Shown piece after piece: positions 1-10,689 of a DNA stretch of 52,934 nt. The notes beneath the pieces are model-generated. The model had not been told where the DNA came from, did no database searches, and was given only the letters and a program-made list of their open reading frames with translations. The stretch is from Pontiellaceae bacterium (lineage in GTDB: Bacteria; Verrucomicrobiota; Kiritimatiellia; Kiritimatiellales; Tichowtungiaceae). The DNA lies in assembly GCA_029939835.1 (NCBI GenBank), contig JAOZSE010000001.1, forward strand, positions 1 through 52,934, given 5' to 3'. Made by a program: the position numbers and the translations under genes. How positions within the stretch are numbered: position 1 is the stretch's first letter; each line of letters starts with the position of its first letter.

Positions 1-1
1 C

Positions 2-2344
2 CGTTCGCCGCGGCGCGAAGCTATCGGCGTTATTCTGCTCGCGCTCTGCCTGCTGAGCTTTCTTTGCGTCTTTTCATTTAACTGGGAAGACATCGGGCTG
101 CTCAATAACCCGGATCCCGATCTGTCTCCGTCAACCCCGCATAATCTGGTCGGCCCGTTCGGCGCATGGTTCGCCGGTATCGGGTTTCTGTTTTTCGGCA
201 TTGGCGGCTACCTTTTCCCCTTTATCCTGCTGACCGGCGGACTGCTGATGACGCTTCGCTCCTATGAGCGCATCTGGCCAACCTGGAGTTGGCTGGGAGG
301 CGCGCTGATTTCGCTCGCCTGCCTGTTTGAGTATCTTTCGTGGGGCTGGGTAACGCGGCTGACGACCTGGCTGAATGTCGGCAGTTCAGGCGGACTGATC
401 GGGGAAATGCTGGCTGTCCGCACACTGGGCCGATGGATCGGCCACACCGGCGCCGGTATTCTTTTTGTCACCGCGCTGATTCTTGCCGCGCTGCAGATCA
501 CCGGCGTGCATCCCTTCACTCCGTTTGTTTTTCTCTGGGAAAAAATAAAGGTTCTCTGGGCGCGCCGGCAGGAGCTCCGCGCAGAAGGAAAAGAGGAGGA
601 AGAGGCTCCGCTGTTTGACCGCCCGGTGAAGAAGAAAATTGCGCGTAAAAAGAAGGCGGCTCTGCCGTCCGGGAAGAAACCGGTGCCGCCACCGGCAACA
701 GATCCGGAACCTAAATCGGTTAAAACCAAACCCGTTGTAAAACCGGAAAAAGATGATCTGGCCGATGTTTCGGTCAACATTGCCCCGGGCCGCGACGAAT
801 CGGGTTACCAGCGTCCACCGCTCACCATTCTGGATGAACTGCCATCACTCGCCGCCCGCACCTCTTCGGAAAACACAGCGGAAAGAGCTAAAGTGCTTCA
901 GGCCACGCTCGAAGAATTCGGTGTCGACGGACAGGTGACGCACGTCGAAAGCGGCCCGGCTATTACTTCTTATGAAATTACGCCCGCGCCGGGCGTGCGC
1001 GTCGAGCGCATCGCCGCGCTGGAGCGCAATATCGCCCTCGCCCTGCGTGCACAGAGTATCCGCATCCAGGCGCCGATTCCCGGCAAGGGCGCAGTCGGTG
1101 TCGAAGTGCCCAACACCAAAAGTTCATTGGTCTATTTGCGCGAACAAGTCGAGAGCCCGGCCTTTCACAAGCCCGGGGTCGCGCTGCCGCTCGCGCTCGG
1201 CAAGGATGTAAGCGGGCGGAACATTGTCGGCGATCTGGCCGGCATGCCGCATCTGCTGATCGCGGGGGCCACCGGCTCGGGCAAGACTGTCTGTATGAAT
1301 TCGCTGCTGACCGGCCTGCTGCTCTCCCGCACCCCCGACCAGCTGCGCCTCATTCTGGTTGACCCGAAAACCTTCGAATTCCAGACCTATGAAAACCTGA
1401 AACATCTCGTCGTGCCGATCATTACCGACCCCAAAAAGGTAACCCTCGGCCTGCGCTGGGCCATCAAGGAAATGGAAAAGCGCTACGCCCTCTTCAAAAA
1501 GGTGAAGGTGCGCGACATTGCGGGCTTTAACTCGCGTCCGATCGAAGAACAGACCGATCTGTTCGGCGGCGCAAAAGAAGCGGCGGCAGAACAAGATCAG
1601 CTTCCGGCCAAACTGCCCTATATTGTGATTGTGGTGGACGAACTGGCGGAACTGATGACCGTGGCGCAGCAGGAAATTGAGCCGTGTATTGTGCGCCTCG
1701 CCCAGCTTTCGCGCGCCGCCGGTATTCATATGATCCTTGCGACGCAGCGCCCGTCCGTCAATGTCATCACTGGTACGATCAAAGCCAACATTCCCGGACG
1801 AATCGCCTTCCAGGTGGCACAGGGCAATGACAGCCGCACCATCCTCGACACCATCGGCGCCGAAAAACTGCTCGGCAAAGGCGACATGCTTTACCTGCCG
1901 CCCGGCAGAAATAAACCGGTTCGTTTGCAGGGCACCTGGACCAACGACGCCGAAATACACCGCGTGACCGACTTCGTCCGCGAACAGGGCTCGCCCGAAT
2001 TCATCACCGAGATCAAACAGAAGATTGAAACCAGCAAGCCGGAGTTGCCCGACATGGACGAAAGTGACGACCTGCTGGAAGCCGCCATCGAAGTGCTGCG
2101 TTCGACCAAGCGCGCTTCGACCTCTTCGCTGCAGCGCCGCCTGCGCATCGGCTACAACCGCGCCGCGCGACTGATGGATATTCTGGAGGAAAAAGGCATC
2201 ATCGGTCCGCCGACCGAAACCGGTCCGCGGGACATTCTCATTGATCTGGATGGCGAAATCCCCGAAAACGCAAATGAACCGCTTTCGGAAGCAGAGGCCT
2301 CACAGGAAGTTTACGAAGAAGAAGAGTATAAACCAGAGGAGTAA
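2..2344 (+). CDS. ftsK: DNA translocase FtsK (5' partial; frame is open from position 2, upstream of the listed ORF start 248)
   Basis: N-terminal TM segments; alpha domain (IRIQAPIPGK), Walker A GATGSGKT, Walker B VIVVDE, ATQRPS, gamma domain SSLQRRLRIGYNRAARL. Confidence 0.97.
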   Translation, partial: RSPRREAIGVILLALCLLSFLCVFSFNWEDIGLLNNPDPDLSPSTPHNLVGPFGAWFAGIGFLFFGIGGYLFPFILLTGGLLMTLRSYERIWPTWSWLGGALISLACLFEYLSWGWVTRLTTWLNVGSSGGLIGEMLAVRTLGRWIGHTGAGILFVTALILAALQITGVHPFTPFVFLWEKIKVLWARRQELRAEGKEEEEAPLFDRPVKKKIARKKKAALPSGKKPVPPPATDPEPKSVKTKPVVKPEKDDLADVSVNIAPGRDESGYQRPPLTILDELPSLAARTSSENTAERAKVLQATLEEFGVDGQVTHVESGPAITSYEITPAPGVRVERIAALERNIALALRAQSIRIQAPIPGKGAVGVEVPNTKSSLVYLREQVESPAFHKPGVALPLALGKDVSGRNIVGDLAGMPHLLIAGATGSGKTVCMNSLLTGLLLSRTPDQLRLILVDPKTFEFQTYENLKHLVVPIITDPKKVTLGLRWAIKEMEKRYALFKKVKVRDIAGFNSRPIEEQTDLFGGAKEAAAEQDQLPAKLPYIVIVVDELAELMTVAQQEIEPCIVRLAQLSRAAGIHMILATQRPSVNVITGTIKANIPGRIAFQVAQGNDSRTILDTIGAEKLLGKGDMLYLPPGRNKPVRLQGTWTNDAEIHRVTDFVREQGSPEFITEIKQKIETSKPELPDMDESDDLLEAAIEVLRSTKRASTSSLQRRLRIGYNRAARLMDILEEKGIIGPPTETGPRDILIDLDGEIPENANEPLSEAEASQEVYEEEEYKPEE

Positions 2345-2349
2345 TCGTC

Positions 2350-2949
2350 ATGGCTACACTCGGAGAACAACTGAAAGCCGCACGCAAGGCCAAAAAGGTC
2401 ACTGAATCTGAAGCGGGGGCCGCCACCAGGGTGCTGCGCCAAATTATTGTGGCGATGGAGAATGACGATTTTTCGGAAATGCCCGCGCCGACCTACGCCA
2501 AAGGCTTTATCCGCCTCTATGCCGAATATCTCGGCCTCGACCCGGAGCCGCTGGTGGCAGAGTATCTCGAAAAACACGCGCAGCAACCCAAGCCGCTGAT
2601 TGATGAAAACAGTCAGCTCGAACAAAGCACGCGCACCGACAGCCCGTCATCCTTCAGTCTCTCGGCAAAGATCAATCTCGGCTCCTGGCTCAGCAAGGCA
2701 GGCACCGGCGGACTGCTCAGAATGCTCAAGCGTACGCCGCTCCGGGATATACGCGTGCTCGCGGCCGTCATCGCCGCTCTGCTGGTGCTGATCGTTCTTA
2801 TCGTCAGCATTTCCAACTGCACCCGCAACCGCGCCTCCGCACAGCCCGCGCCGGAACCCGCCCCCGCCTCCGCACAGGTGTTAATCAATGAGCCGACGCC
2901 GGACATCTATCTGGTCGAGCCGGGAAAAATCGAAAGTGTAAGAAACTAA
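2350..2949 (+). CDS. RodZ-like helix-turn-helix membrane protein
   Basis: N-terminal HTH (LGEQLKAAR...YAKGFIRLYAEYLGLD), single TM helix, ftsK-rodZ-pgsA synteny. Confidence 0.8.
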   Translation: MATLGEQLKAARKAKKVTESEAGAATRVLRQIIVAMENDDFSEMPAPTYAKGFIRLYAEYLGLDPEPLVAEYLEKHAQQPKPLIDENSQLEQSTRTDSPSSFSLSAKINLGSWLSKAGTGGLLRMLKRTPLRDIRVLAAVIAALLVLIVLIVSISNCTRNRASAQPAPEPAPASAQVLINEPTPDIYLVEPGKIESVRN

Positions 2950-2969
2950 TCAAGGGCGGGCTCTGAGAT

Positions 2970-3515
2970 ATGAATTTTGCCGACAAACTCACGCTCAGCC
3001 GCTTCGGCATGGCCGCCGTTCTGATCGCCTGCCTGAGCATTCCCTTTTCCGGCGCGACGCCGACGGCGCTGATCGTCTTCATCCTCGCGGCGCTCACCGA
3101 TGCGCTTGATGGACATCTCGCCCGCACCGTCTATGGCACGAGCGACTTCGGCGCGCTGCTGGATCCGCTGGCCGATAAAGTCCTCACCGCCGCCGCTTTC
3201 ATCGGCTTTGTGGGCCTTGGCCTCATGCCCGCGTGGATGGCCGTGCTGATTCTCTCACGAGAAATGATGGTGACCGGTCTGCGCCTGCTTGCCGCCGAAA
3301 AAGGCGTCACGGTCGGCGCCAACCGCTGGGGCAAACAGAAAACAATCTGGCAAATGGTTTACATTATCGCCGTGCTGTTCGCGCTCACGTTCGGGTTTTT
3401 TGATAACTTCCGCACTCTCTTCAGCCTGTTCGCCTTCGCCGTCACCGCCCTCACCGCCTGGTCCGGCTTTATCTATTTCCGCCAAAACTACACGTTAATC
3501 CACAATAGAAATTGA
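2970..3515 (+). CDS. pgsA: CDP-diacylglycerol--glycerol-3-phosphate 3-phosphatidyltransferase
   Basis: CDP-alcohol phosphotransferase motif DALDGHLAR...FGALLDPLADK. Confidence 0.92.
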   Translation: MNFADKLTLSRFGMAAVLIACLSIPFSGATPTALIVFILAALTDALDGHLARTVYGTSDFGALLDPLADKVLTAAAFIGFVGLGLMPAWMAVLILSREMMVTGLRLLAAEKGVTVGANRWGKQKTIWQMVYIIAVLFALTFGFFDNFRTLFSLFAFAVTALTAWSGFIYFRQNYTLIHNRN

Positions 3516-3528
3516 AAGAGCGAATAGC

Positions 3529-4227
3529 ATGAAATACATACTGGCCATCGCAGCCGCATTTCTGCTCTTACTATCAGCGACACCTTCTGTATTCGCACAG
3601 GACACAACCAATGAATGGAACACCCTTAATCAGGAAGTCATGAAGCTTTATCATGCGGGTGAATATAGCCGCGCCATCATTGTCGCTATAAAGGCCCTCG
3701 AAGTGGCTGAGGAAAATACCGGCCCAGACCATCCCGATGTAGCCATGAGCCTGAATGATTTGGCCGAACTTTACAGAATCTAAGGTCGGTACATGCAGGC
3801 GGAACCGCTCTATAAACGCGCGCTGACAATTTACGAGAAAGAGTTGGGGCAAAACCATCCTGATACGGCCGCGAGCCTGAATGGTCTGGCTGGCCTCTAT
3901 CAAAATCAAGGGCAGTACGCGAAAGCCGAGCCGCTTTATAAACGCGCACTGGTAATTGATGAAAAAGCTCTTGGCCTCAATCACCCTGATGTGGCAACAG
4001 ACCTAAACAATCTGGCCGCACTTTACGACGACCAAGGCCTGTACATGCAGGCCGAACCACTCTACGAACGCGCACTGACAATTAAAGAAGATGCGCTGGG
4101 GCAAAATCATCCCAGTGTGGCCACGAGTCTTGAGAACCTTGCAACTCTGTATCGAGCTACCGATCGAAACAAAGAAGCCGAAGCGCTGGAGCAACGGGCG
4201 GCTCGTATCCAGGCGGCCCATCAGTAA
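3529..4227 (+). pseudogene. Secreted 42-aa TPR-repeat protein interrupted by an in-frame TAA at 3781-3783
   Basis: Signal peptide; repeats HPDVA.SLN.LA.LY..QG.Y..AEPLY. First repeat reads ELYRI*GRYMQAEPLY, with TAA where other repeats have CAA (Gln). ORFs 3529-3783 and 3793-4227 are in the same frame. Confidence 0.85.
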
Positions 4228-4245
4228 ATTGAAGGGGGCTGTCCG

Positions 4246-5094
4246 TTATTCAGTTTCGTTGAGGTCAACAGCCGTCATCTCAAATCTGTCGCTCGCAGGA
4301 ATTGCTTCCGCAAGTTTGACATGGGGCAAATGGGCTCTTATCCAACAGGAAATTAGTCTTCTAACAAACCTCGGCATTCTATAACCAAAGATGATTCGGG
4401 TGACGGCAAAAGGTGGGATATTAAGATCGTTATCCGGAGTTTCGCTAAAGAAGCGTCACTCTTCCTCTGCTTGCCACTCGTTTGATTTCCGACAAAAGAA
4501 AAGCTGCCAAAACTCGGTAGCATCTTTCGAATTAACGGCCTTCATGTAGTCGGCAAGCGTCGGCAGTTCACTGCTGTAGTTTACAGCAAAAGAGTGAATC
4601 TCACCCTCGTCATTACAAAGCTTGCTGTGATCGAACTCGACCACTAAACCCCTGTGGTTGGAGGCATAGTGAGCCCACATGCTGACACTAATGGGGCGCT
4701 CGGAAAGGCAGAATACACCGATGCGTCTTGCTTCCTGCTGGGTGTACTTGTGGATCGCCTCAGGCATACTCTCGATAAACTGCTTGTTCTTGTGAAGGCC
4801 ATTGGCAAACGCGATCTTTGGCGTGATCTGTTGGCCAGTTGTCGTCACGAGTCCACCGCCATCTTTATGGATATGATCTACATATTCACGCAGCAGACTT
4901 TCATCAGCAGCGCTCACGTTGTCCGGATCAGGGAATCGAATCCGCTGCATGCAATCGAATGGATCATTGAACTTGACTGGATTTGTAAACCGCGCCTTCC
5001 TTCGCACAAAAACGCCACCGATCCGGTCAAGATGGTGGGGCAGGTACTTGTAGAGGGATAGTGGTTTTGATTCGCTCATCATTCTGATACCCAA
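4246..5094 (-). pseudogene. DUF2971-like protein interrupted by an in-frame TGA at 4456-4458
   Basis: Motifs LYKY, FNDPFD, MWAHYA.NH.G, K..EW..E.E. The frame continues past the TGA (EEE*RFF...TRIIFG...) to TAA at 4246-4248; the family motif expects E-W-R here. Confidence 0.75.
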
Positions 5095-5265
5095 TTATAA
5101 GCATATGAATATTCGTTTTGATCGGCAGAAGCTCAAATACCAGTTCAATTCCTGTCAACGACTGTCCGTTTCCCGACCATTCGTGCGCGATAAGATTTGA
5201 AAAAGCGGCTGGCGCGCGGCTTGGTTTCACTCTCTGGGGTTTACAGGTTGCGGCAGGAAATTTCG

Positions 5266-6591
5266 TCAAAATCGTTTGATCACCCGTCCGGAATAATAGA
5301 GCGGAATGTTGAAAATTGGACCCTCGGTAGAAGAAAGCGGTTTCCCGGAAATTTTGATGGCTCGTCGCGGGCTGTATTTCAAAAGATACTGCCGGAGACT
5401 TTGCGCTTTGGTGCGGCTTCCGGATTTAACCTCAACGGGGATAATCTCCCCGTCACGCTCAAGCAAAAACTCAATTTCAGAGTTTCGCTCGGCCCATGAG
5501 TAGAGCGCACGTTCTCCTGCCGCCTTAAATTCCCCGGCGACAAAATTTTCGGCAAAGAACCCTTTGGTTAACCCATAGTCCTGCATCATCAATCCATTCG
5601 GGGAGAGGCCGAGCATACAGCCGAGCAAACCGACATCGAAAACAAACAGCTTAAACAAATTCGCCTTGCAAAAGGTTTGGAACGGAACTTCCGCACACGA
5701 GCAAACCGGCACTTTATGAATTAAGCCCGCCTTTTCCAGCCAATGAAGCGGCCCCGCCAAGGACGAAAACCCTTTTTTCCCGGGCAGTACATTTTTAAAC
5801 CGGTACCGTTTAACGGAGGTATCAACATATCCTGAAAGCTGCCGCGGAATGTTCTCAAATACGCCGGCAATATGCGCAGCGTTCACGGCACCCGAATGCT
5901 TTGTAAAATCTTCCAAAAACGAAAGGATCAACGCAGACTGTTTTTCCCGAACCGCAAGCATCCCGTCTGCCTTTTGCTCTCCATATCCAAAAAAGGTTCC
6001 TGCAACCTCCGGCATCCCGCCGACCACATAATACTCTTTCAACGTGTCCCACAGCTTTGAATGGACAACAGGCGAAACGTTCTTTTCTTCCCACGAGAAA
6101 TCGTAGGCCTCGTATAAAAGATCCTGCCCGCTGTTCATCAAAAACTCTTCAAAATTCATTGGGAACAGATCGAGATAGCAAACCTTTCCAACCGGATACG
6201 ACCCTTCAGAAAGCGCCACGCCCAGCAGAGATCCCGCTGCACAAACGGGTTGTTCGGGAAGTTCCTCGCAAAAATATTTCAGGCTGGTTAAAGCTCTCGG
6301 GCAATTTTGAATTTCATCAAAAATAACCAAATCTGTTTTAGCGATGGACTTCCCCTGATAAATCGCCAGATTTTGGAGGAGCTTCTTAGGATTCAGTGAC
6401 TCCTCAAAAAGAGGAATCAATTCATTTCCATTTTCCTCAAAATCGAACCGATGGTAAGCAGGAAACTCATTTTTCCCGAATTCCGAGAGAATGTAGCTTT
6501 TCCCGACTTGGCGGGCTCCCCGCAAAATTAAAGGCTTTCGCCGGCGCGTATCTTTCCAGCGCATTAGTTCAGGATATAGAGCCCTTTTCAT
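5266..6591 (-). CDS. AAA_14 ATPase with C-terminal DUF4143 (nuclease-like) domain
   Basis: GARQVGKS Walker A, FDEIQ Walker B, GGMPE, KLFVFDVGLL, EIEFL...IPVEVKSG. Confidence 0.9.
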   Translation of the reverse strand: MKRALYPELMRWKDTRRRKPLILRGARQVGKSYILSEFGKNEFPAYHRFDFEENGNELIPLFEESLNPKKLLQNLAIYQGKSIAKTDLVIFDEIQNCPRALTSLKYFCEELPEQPVCAAGSLLGVALSEGSYPVGKVCYLDLFPMNFEEFLMNSGQDLLYEAYDFSWEEKNVSPVVHSKLWDTLKEYYVVGGMPEVAGTFFGYGEQKADGMLAVREKQSALILSFLEDFTKHSGAVNAAHIAGVFENIPRQLSGYVDTSVKRYRFKNVLPGKKGFSSLAGPLHWLEKAGLIHKVPVCSCAEVPFQTFCKANLFKLFVFDVGLLGCMLGLSPNGLMMQDYGLTKGFFAENFVAGEFKAAGERALYSWAERNSEIEFLLERDGEIIPVEVKSGSRTKAQSLRQYLLKYSPRRAIKISGKPLSSTEGPIFNIPLYYSGRVIKRF

Positions 6592-6818
6592 GCGGTAAAA
6601 CTACACGAATTTGTACTTTTTGCAACCAATAAATCAGAGAATCCAGACTTTTTACAACCCTTCCTAGCCTGGATACCGCGCCGACGAACTCTGCAAACCG
6701 AGCCGAAGCCTTTGGAAAAGGCTGATTATCGCGTCCAAAGCTCTAAAACCCTTGTGTTTTTACGGGCTGGGCGTAATTTTTACCTTCTATTATTCACGAG
6801 ATATGAAAAGGACTCTTT

Positions 6819-9314
6819 ATGGCGGCTCAGGAAAATTGGCAGATCAAAAAACGCAGCGATGTCTGCACCGGAACGGGCACCCCGTTTGTCGATGGTGAAG
6901 AAATCTGCACACGCCTCCTCTTTGAAGATGGCGAATACATCCGCGAGGACTACGCCGCTTCGTACTGGGATTCGCAAACCATCGAACCCGGCCTGAGCAC
7001 CTGGCGCAGTATTTTCCATGTTCCGCCGCCGCCCGAGGAAGCCTTCAAAAAGGAAAGTGCTGAATCGCTCCTGCGCAAGCTGATTGCCAAAGAAGACGCC
7101 GACGACATTAACGCGATCTATATTTTGGCTGTCATGCTGGAGCGTAAAAAGATCATTGCCGAGCAGGAAGTGCGCGTCGCCGACGACCAGTCTAAAATCC
7201 GTGTCTACCGCCACAAAAAAACCGAAGAGAGCTTCCTGGTCACCGATCCCGGGCTCAGGCTCGCTGAAATCGAAAAAGTGCAGGAAGAGGTTGTTGAACT
7301 GCTCGGCGGCAAACCGCCCAAGACCGAAACCGTTTACCATTTCGAAGCCGCCCTGCGCACCCTGCTCGCCCGGGAAAACAAACTGCTCTTTCCAAAGCAG
7401 CCCGTCGGCGGCGAAGCAGGCACCGCACAAAAACTGGCCGCTGCTTTCCTCGTCCTGCTCTCGGGCAGACAAAATCCCCGCTATATCAAAGCAACCGAAA
7501 CCTTCGTGCGCCTCGAACAGCAGAGCGACTGGAAACCGGCTGTTTCCTTTTTCCGGTCAATGCTCGACGCCGCCGCGCTTGAAATCCGCGCGCGCGGACT
7601 CGAAAGCGCGGGCTTTGTCGACGCGCTTGCCGAACTGGCCTCTGCCACAGAGCTGAACAACGGCGACCTCTGGCCCGCCCTCTTCCCCGAAGGGGTCGGC
7701 ATTCGCGGCAACGAAACCTCGCGGATCGAGGCGCTCCGCGCCAAACGTACCGTAGAGGTCGAAACGCCCTGCGCCGATCCGGTTACCGACCCCGCGAGCG
7801 AACTGCTCTTTACCGCCAACGTGCTGCTGACGGTTCCGGCCAAAACAACATCCATTGACAATCTGCCGTACAGCGACGAACTTAAAGCCTCGTTGAAAAA
7901 TACCGCAGGCGAAGAACAGCAACACTGGTTCGATCATCCGATTCAGATCGGTGTAAAAAAAGAAAACAACGAACTTCTTTACGGCCTGCGCGGACTGGCG
8001 GAAGCGTTCGCATTCGAAAAAGAGCGCGGCACCGCGCCAGCTGACGCCAAGCTCGGCTGCATGCTCTCGGTCACCGTAACGCACGAAGGGCTCCACGCTG
8101 TCGCTCGTGACTACATCCGCGAGGAACTCGGCGGCGCGCCCGAAGGGCTCGATCTCTTCGCCTTCACTGAAGCCGATACGCGTGCACTGGTCAGCGACGT
8201 CCTCGCACCGGCGGCGGAGAAGTTTTTCGGGACCGAAAATGCCGCCGCGCTGCTGCAGGTGTTCGGCACCGACGGTGAATACGGCCGCCACTACAGTTTT
8301 CTCAAGGCGATCACCGCGCTCTGGCAGGTTGTCTGCAACGATTCGATCAAAGGCACGTTTAAAATCGATCTCGATCAGATCTTTCCGCAGGAAAATCTCG
8401 TGGCTGAAACCGGCAAATCCGCGTTCGAGCATTTTGCCAACCCGCTTTGGGGTGCAAAGGCTAAAGATGTCAGCGGAAACGCTCTCGAACTCGGCATGAT
8501 CGCCGGGGCGCTGGTCAACGAAGCTGATATAGAAAACGGCCTCTTTACGCCGGACGTAAAATTCCCCTCTGGCAAACTCTCTCCCGAAGAACAGGTGTTC
8601 TTCAGCCGTCTGCCGCAAGCGCTCTCAACGGAGGCCGAGATGATGGCGCGCGGCGATGACGCCCTTCAGCGCGTTCATGTGACCGGCGGCACCAACGGTA
8701 TTCGCATCGATGCACTGCGGCGGCACCGTCCGTTCACACCCTCGTTTATCGGGCGCGCCGAAGATCAGGCTTATCTCCTTTCCGTGCTCGGCCTTGAAGG
8801 CGCACGGCTGGCCTATGCCCACGCAAGCGGGCTGATCATGCGGCACGATAAAGAGGCCTTTGCGGTCGAAGCGATCAAGTCGGCTAAAACCGGCACGACC
8901 ATCGGCGACTACGTCCGCACACTTTATTTTTCGGCCTATGCACGCGCGCTGAATGACAATATCGACGAGATCAAGGATTTGATCGATCCGTTCACCGGCG
9001 CATTTGTTTCGCATGTTCCGCAGACGGTCGTCGCGCTGCGGCTGGCGCTTAAAACCCTCACGCTGGTCGCCGAACAGCGATACGATGCCGCCGCCGAACT
9101 GATCAAAAGCGGGGCCGGTCGGTTGGGTCAGGCCGTCCGGTTTGTTTCCGGCAAAGACAGTGCGCTCAAACAACAGCTCGCCCGTGAACGCGAGGGCTGG
9201 GATCTTTTCTACAACGTGCTCGAAAAACTCGAAGCCTCCCTCGCCGCAGGCGATGCCTTCGCCGCCGACCTCAAGGCCAAAGCCGCCGACCTCATCGAAT
9301 CCACGCGTATCTAG
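6819..9314 (+). CDS. Two-module hypothetical protein: ~170-aa N-terminal domain plus ~660-aa domain with DxD-like motif
   Basis: 831-aa ORF with genome-typical codon style; KIDLDQ and GRAEDQ motifs in the C-terminal part; function not recognised. Confidence 0.75.
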   Translation: MAAQENWQIKKRSDVCTGTGTPFVDGEEICTRLLFEDGEYIREDYAASYWDSQTIEPGLSTWRSIFHVPPPPEEAFKKESAESLLRKLIAKEDADDINAIYILAVMLERKKIIAEQEVRVADDQSKIRVYRHKKTEESFLVTDPGLRLAEIEKVQEEVVELLGGKPPKTETVYHFEAALRTLLARENKLLFPKQPVGGEAGTAQKLAAAFLVLLSGRQNPRYIKATETFVRLEQQSDWKPAVSFFRSMLDAAALEIRARGLESAGFVDALAELASATELNNGDLWPALFPEGVGIRGNETSRIEALRAKRTVEVETPCADPVTDPASELLFTANVLLTVPAKTTSIDNLPYSDELKASLKNTAGEEQQHWFDHPIQIGVKKENNELLYGLRGLAEAFAFEKERGTAPADAKLGCMLSVTVTHEGLHAVARDYIREELGGAPEGLDLFAFTEADTRALVSDVLAPAAEKFFGTENAAALLQVFGTDGEYGRHYSFLKAITALWQVVCNDSIKGTFKIDLDQIFPQENLVAETGKSAFEHFANPLWGAKAKDVSGNALELGMIAGALVNEADIENGLFTPDVKFPSGKLSPEEQVFFSRLPQALSTEAEMMARGDDALQRVHVTGGTNGIRIDALRRHRPFTPSFIGRAEDQAYLLSVLGLEGARLAYAHASGLIMRHDKEAFAVEAIKSAKTGTTIGDYVRTLYFSAYARALNDNIDEIKDLIDPFTGAFVSHVPQTVVALRLALKTLTLVAEQRYDAAAELIKSGAGRLGQAVRFVSGKDSALKQQLAREREGWDLFYNVLEKLEASLAAGDAFAADLKAKAADLIESTRI

Positions 9315-9382
9315 CAAGTTTTTGATGGCCTTCGGCATCGCTTGCGGCTACCGTGTGCGCCTTTTTACGGAGAATTTTCTCA

Positions 9383-10483
9383 ATGAGTTTAAATATCGGT
9401 ATTCTGGGGCTGCCCAACGTGGGTAAATCGACGCTGTTCAACGCGCTAACGCGCGCGCAAAACGCGGCGGCCTCCAACTATCCTTTCTGCACGATTGAGC
9501 CGAACAAGGCAGTCGTCCCCGTGCCCGACCCGCGCGTCGATCAGCTCGCCGAACTCGTGACCCCAAAAAAGATCACGCATGCGACGGTCGATTTTGTCGA
9601 TATCGCGGGACTCGTGAAAGGTGCGAGCCGAGGCGAAGGGCTTGGCAACCAGTTTCTGGCCAATGTGCGCGAGGCCGACGCGCTGCTGCATGTCATACGC
9701 TGCTTTGAAGATCCGAACGTAGTGCACGTCGACGGCTCGGTTGATCCGCTGCGCGACATTGAAGTGATTGAAACTGAACTGATACTCGCCGACTACCAGG
9801 CACTCGAAAAGCGCGTCGAACGATTCGTCAAGCAGGCGCGCGCCATGCCAGACGCGCGGCCCAAACAGGCGGCGGCCGAAAAACTGCTCGCGCACCTTGG
9901 CGAAGGTAAGCCGGCGATCAGCTATCCCGAACGTGACACGGAGTTTATGCGCACGCTCCTCAAAGAGTCGCCAATGCTCACCGACAAAAAAATCATCTAC
10001 TGCGCCAACGTCGGTGAAGACGCGATGGCTGGAGATAACGATTTCGTGAAACAGGTTCGTGAATACGCGGACGCCAAAGGCGCGGACACGGTCAAAATCT
10101 GTGCGAAAATGGAAGAGGAACTTGTCGGCATGAGCGAAGAGGAGGCGAACGAGTTTCTGGCTGAATACGGCGTAGCCGAAAGCGGGCTCGATCAGGTGAT
10201 TCACAAGGGCTACCACACGCTCGGCCTCATCAGTTATCTCACCGAGGGGCCCAAGGAAGTGCGTGCGTGGACCGTCCACCGCGGCTGGAAAGCCCCACAG
10301 GCGGCGGGCGTGATTCATACTGATTTTGAGCGCGGCTTTATCCGCGCGCGGGTGATTTCATTTGAGGACTTCATCGCGCACGGCGGCGAAACCGCCTGCC
10401 GCGAAAAGGGCCTCATGCGCACCGAAGGCAAGGAATATGTCGTCCGGGACGGCGATGTGGTTGAATTTCTCTTCAACGTTTAA
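9383..10483 (+). CDS. ychF: Ribosome-binding ATPase YchF
   Basis: [39 protein letters not shown]-terminal TGS domain; start reassigned to ATG 9383. Confidence 0.98.
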   Translation: MSLNIGILGLPNVGKSTLFNALTRAQNAAASNYPFCTIEPNKAVVPVPDPRVDQLAELVTPKKITHATVDFVDIAGLVKGASRGEGLGNQFLANVREADALLHVIRCFEDPNVVHVDGSVDPLRDIEVIETELILADYQALEKRVERFVKQARAMPDARPKQAAAEKLLAHLGEGKPAISYPERDTEFMRTLLKESPMLTDKKIIYCANVGEDAMAGDNDFVKQVREYADAKGADTVKICAKMEEELVGMSEEEANEFLAEYGVAESGLDQVIHKGYHTLGLISYLTEGPKEVRAWTVHRGWKAPQAAGVIHTDFERGFIRARVISFEDFIAHGGETACREKGLMRTEGKEYVVRDGDVVEFLFNV

Positions 10484-10543
10484 ATCGTTTAAGCCGTTAA
10501 AACGTTCAAATCGTTGGCATTGTCTCCCGGGTTGTTCGGTTTT

Positions 10544-10689
10544 GGTAGGGACGCACCGCCGGGGCGTCCGTTTTTTTTGCCCATTTTTGGCAGGGACGGC
10601 GCGCTCGGCGGTCGCGCCCTACCTTTCGCTCTACTGGCAGGAACCGTTCGCCGAACGATCCGCGGCGCTTTCGGCGAAAGCGCCCTACC
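10544..10689. repeat. Four GTAG-type REPs (family A) as two inverted doublets at the RAYT 3' end
   Basis: GGTAGGGACGCACCGCCGGGGCGTCC (10544-10569), inverted copy 10598-10623, degenerate GGCAG copy 10636-10661, inverted copy 10664-10689. Confidence 0.92.

Noticed and set aside
3529-4227. Diversity-generating retroelement TR/VR pair
   Set aside because: Similarity has the 126-bp period of the TPR units, differences are not adenine-specific, and there is no reverse transcriptase in the window
4456-4458. TGA = Trp genetic code reassignment or selenocysteine
   Set aside because: Core genes (yicC, nrdR, dnaE, trpF) end properly at TGA and Trp is TGG elsewhere; the position is a Trp site rather than Cys
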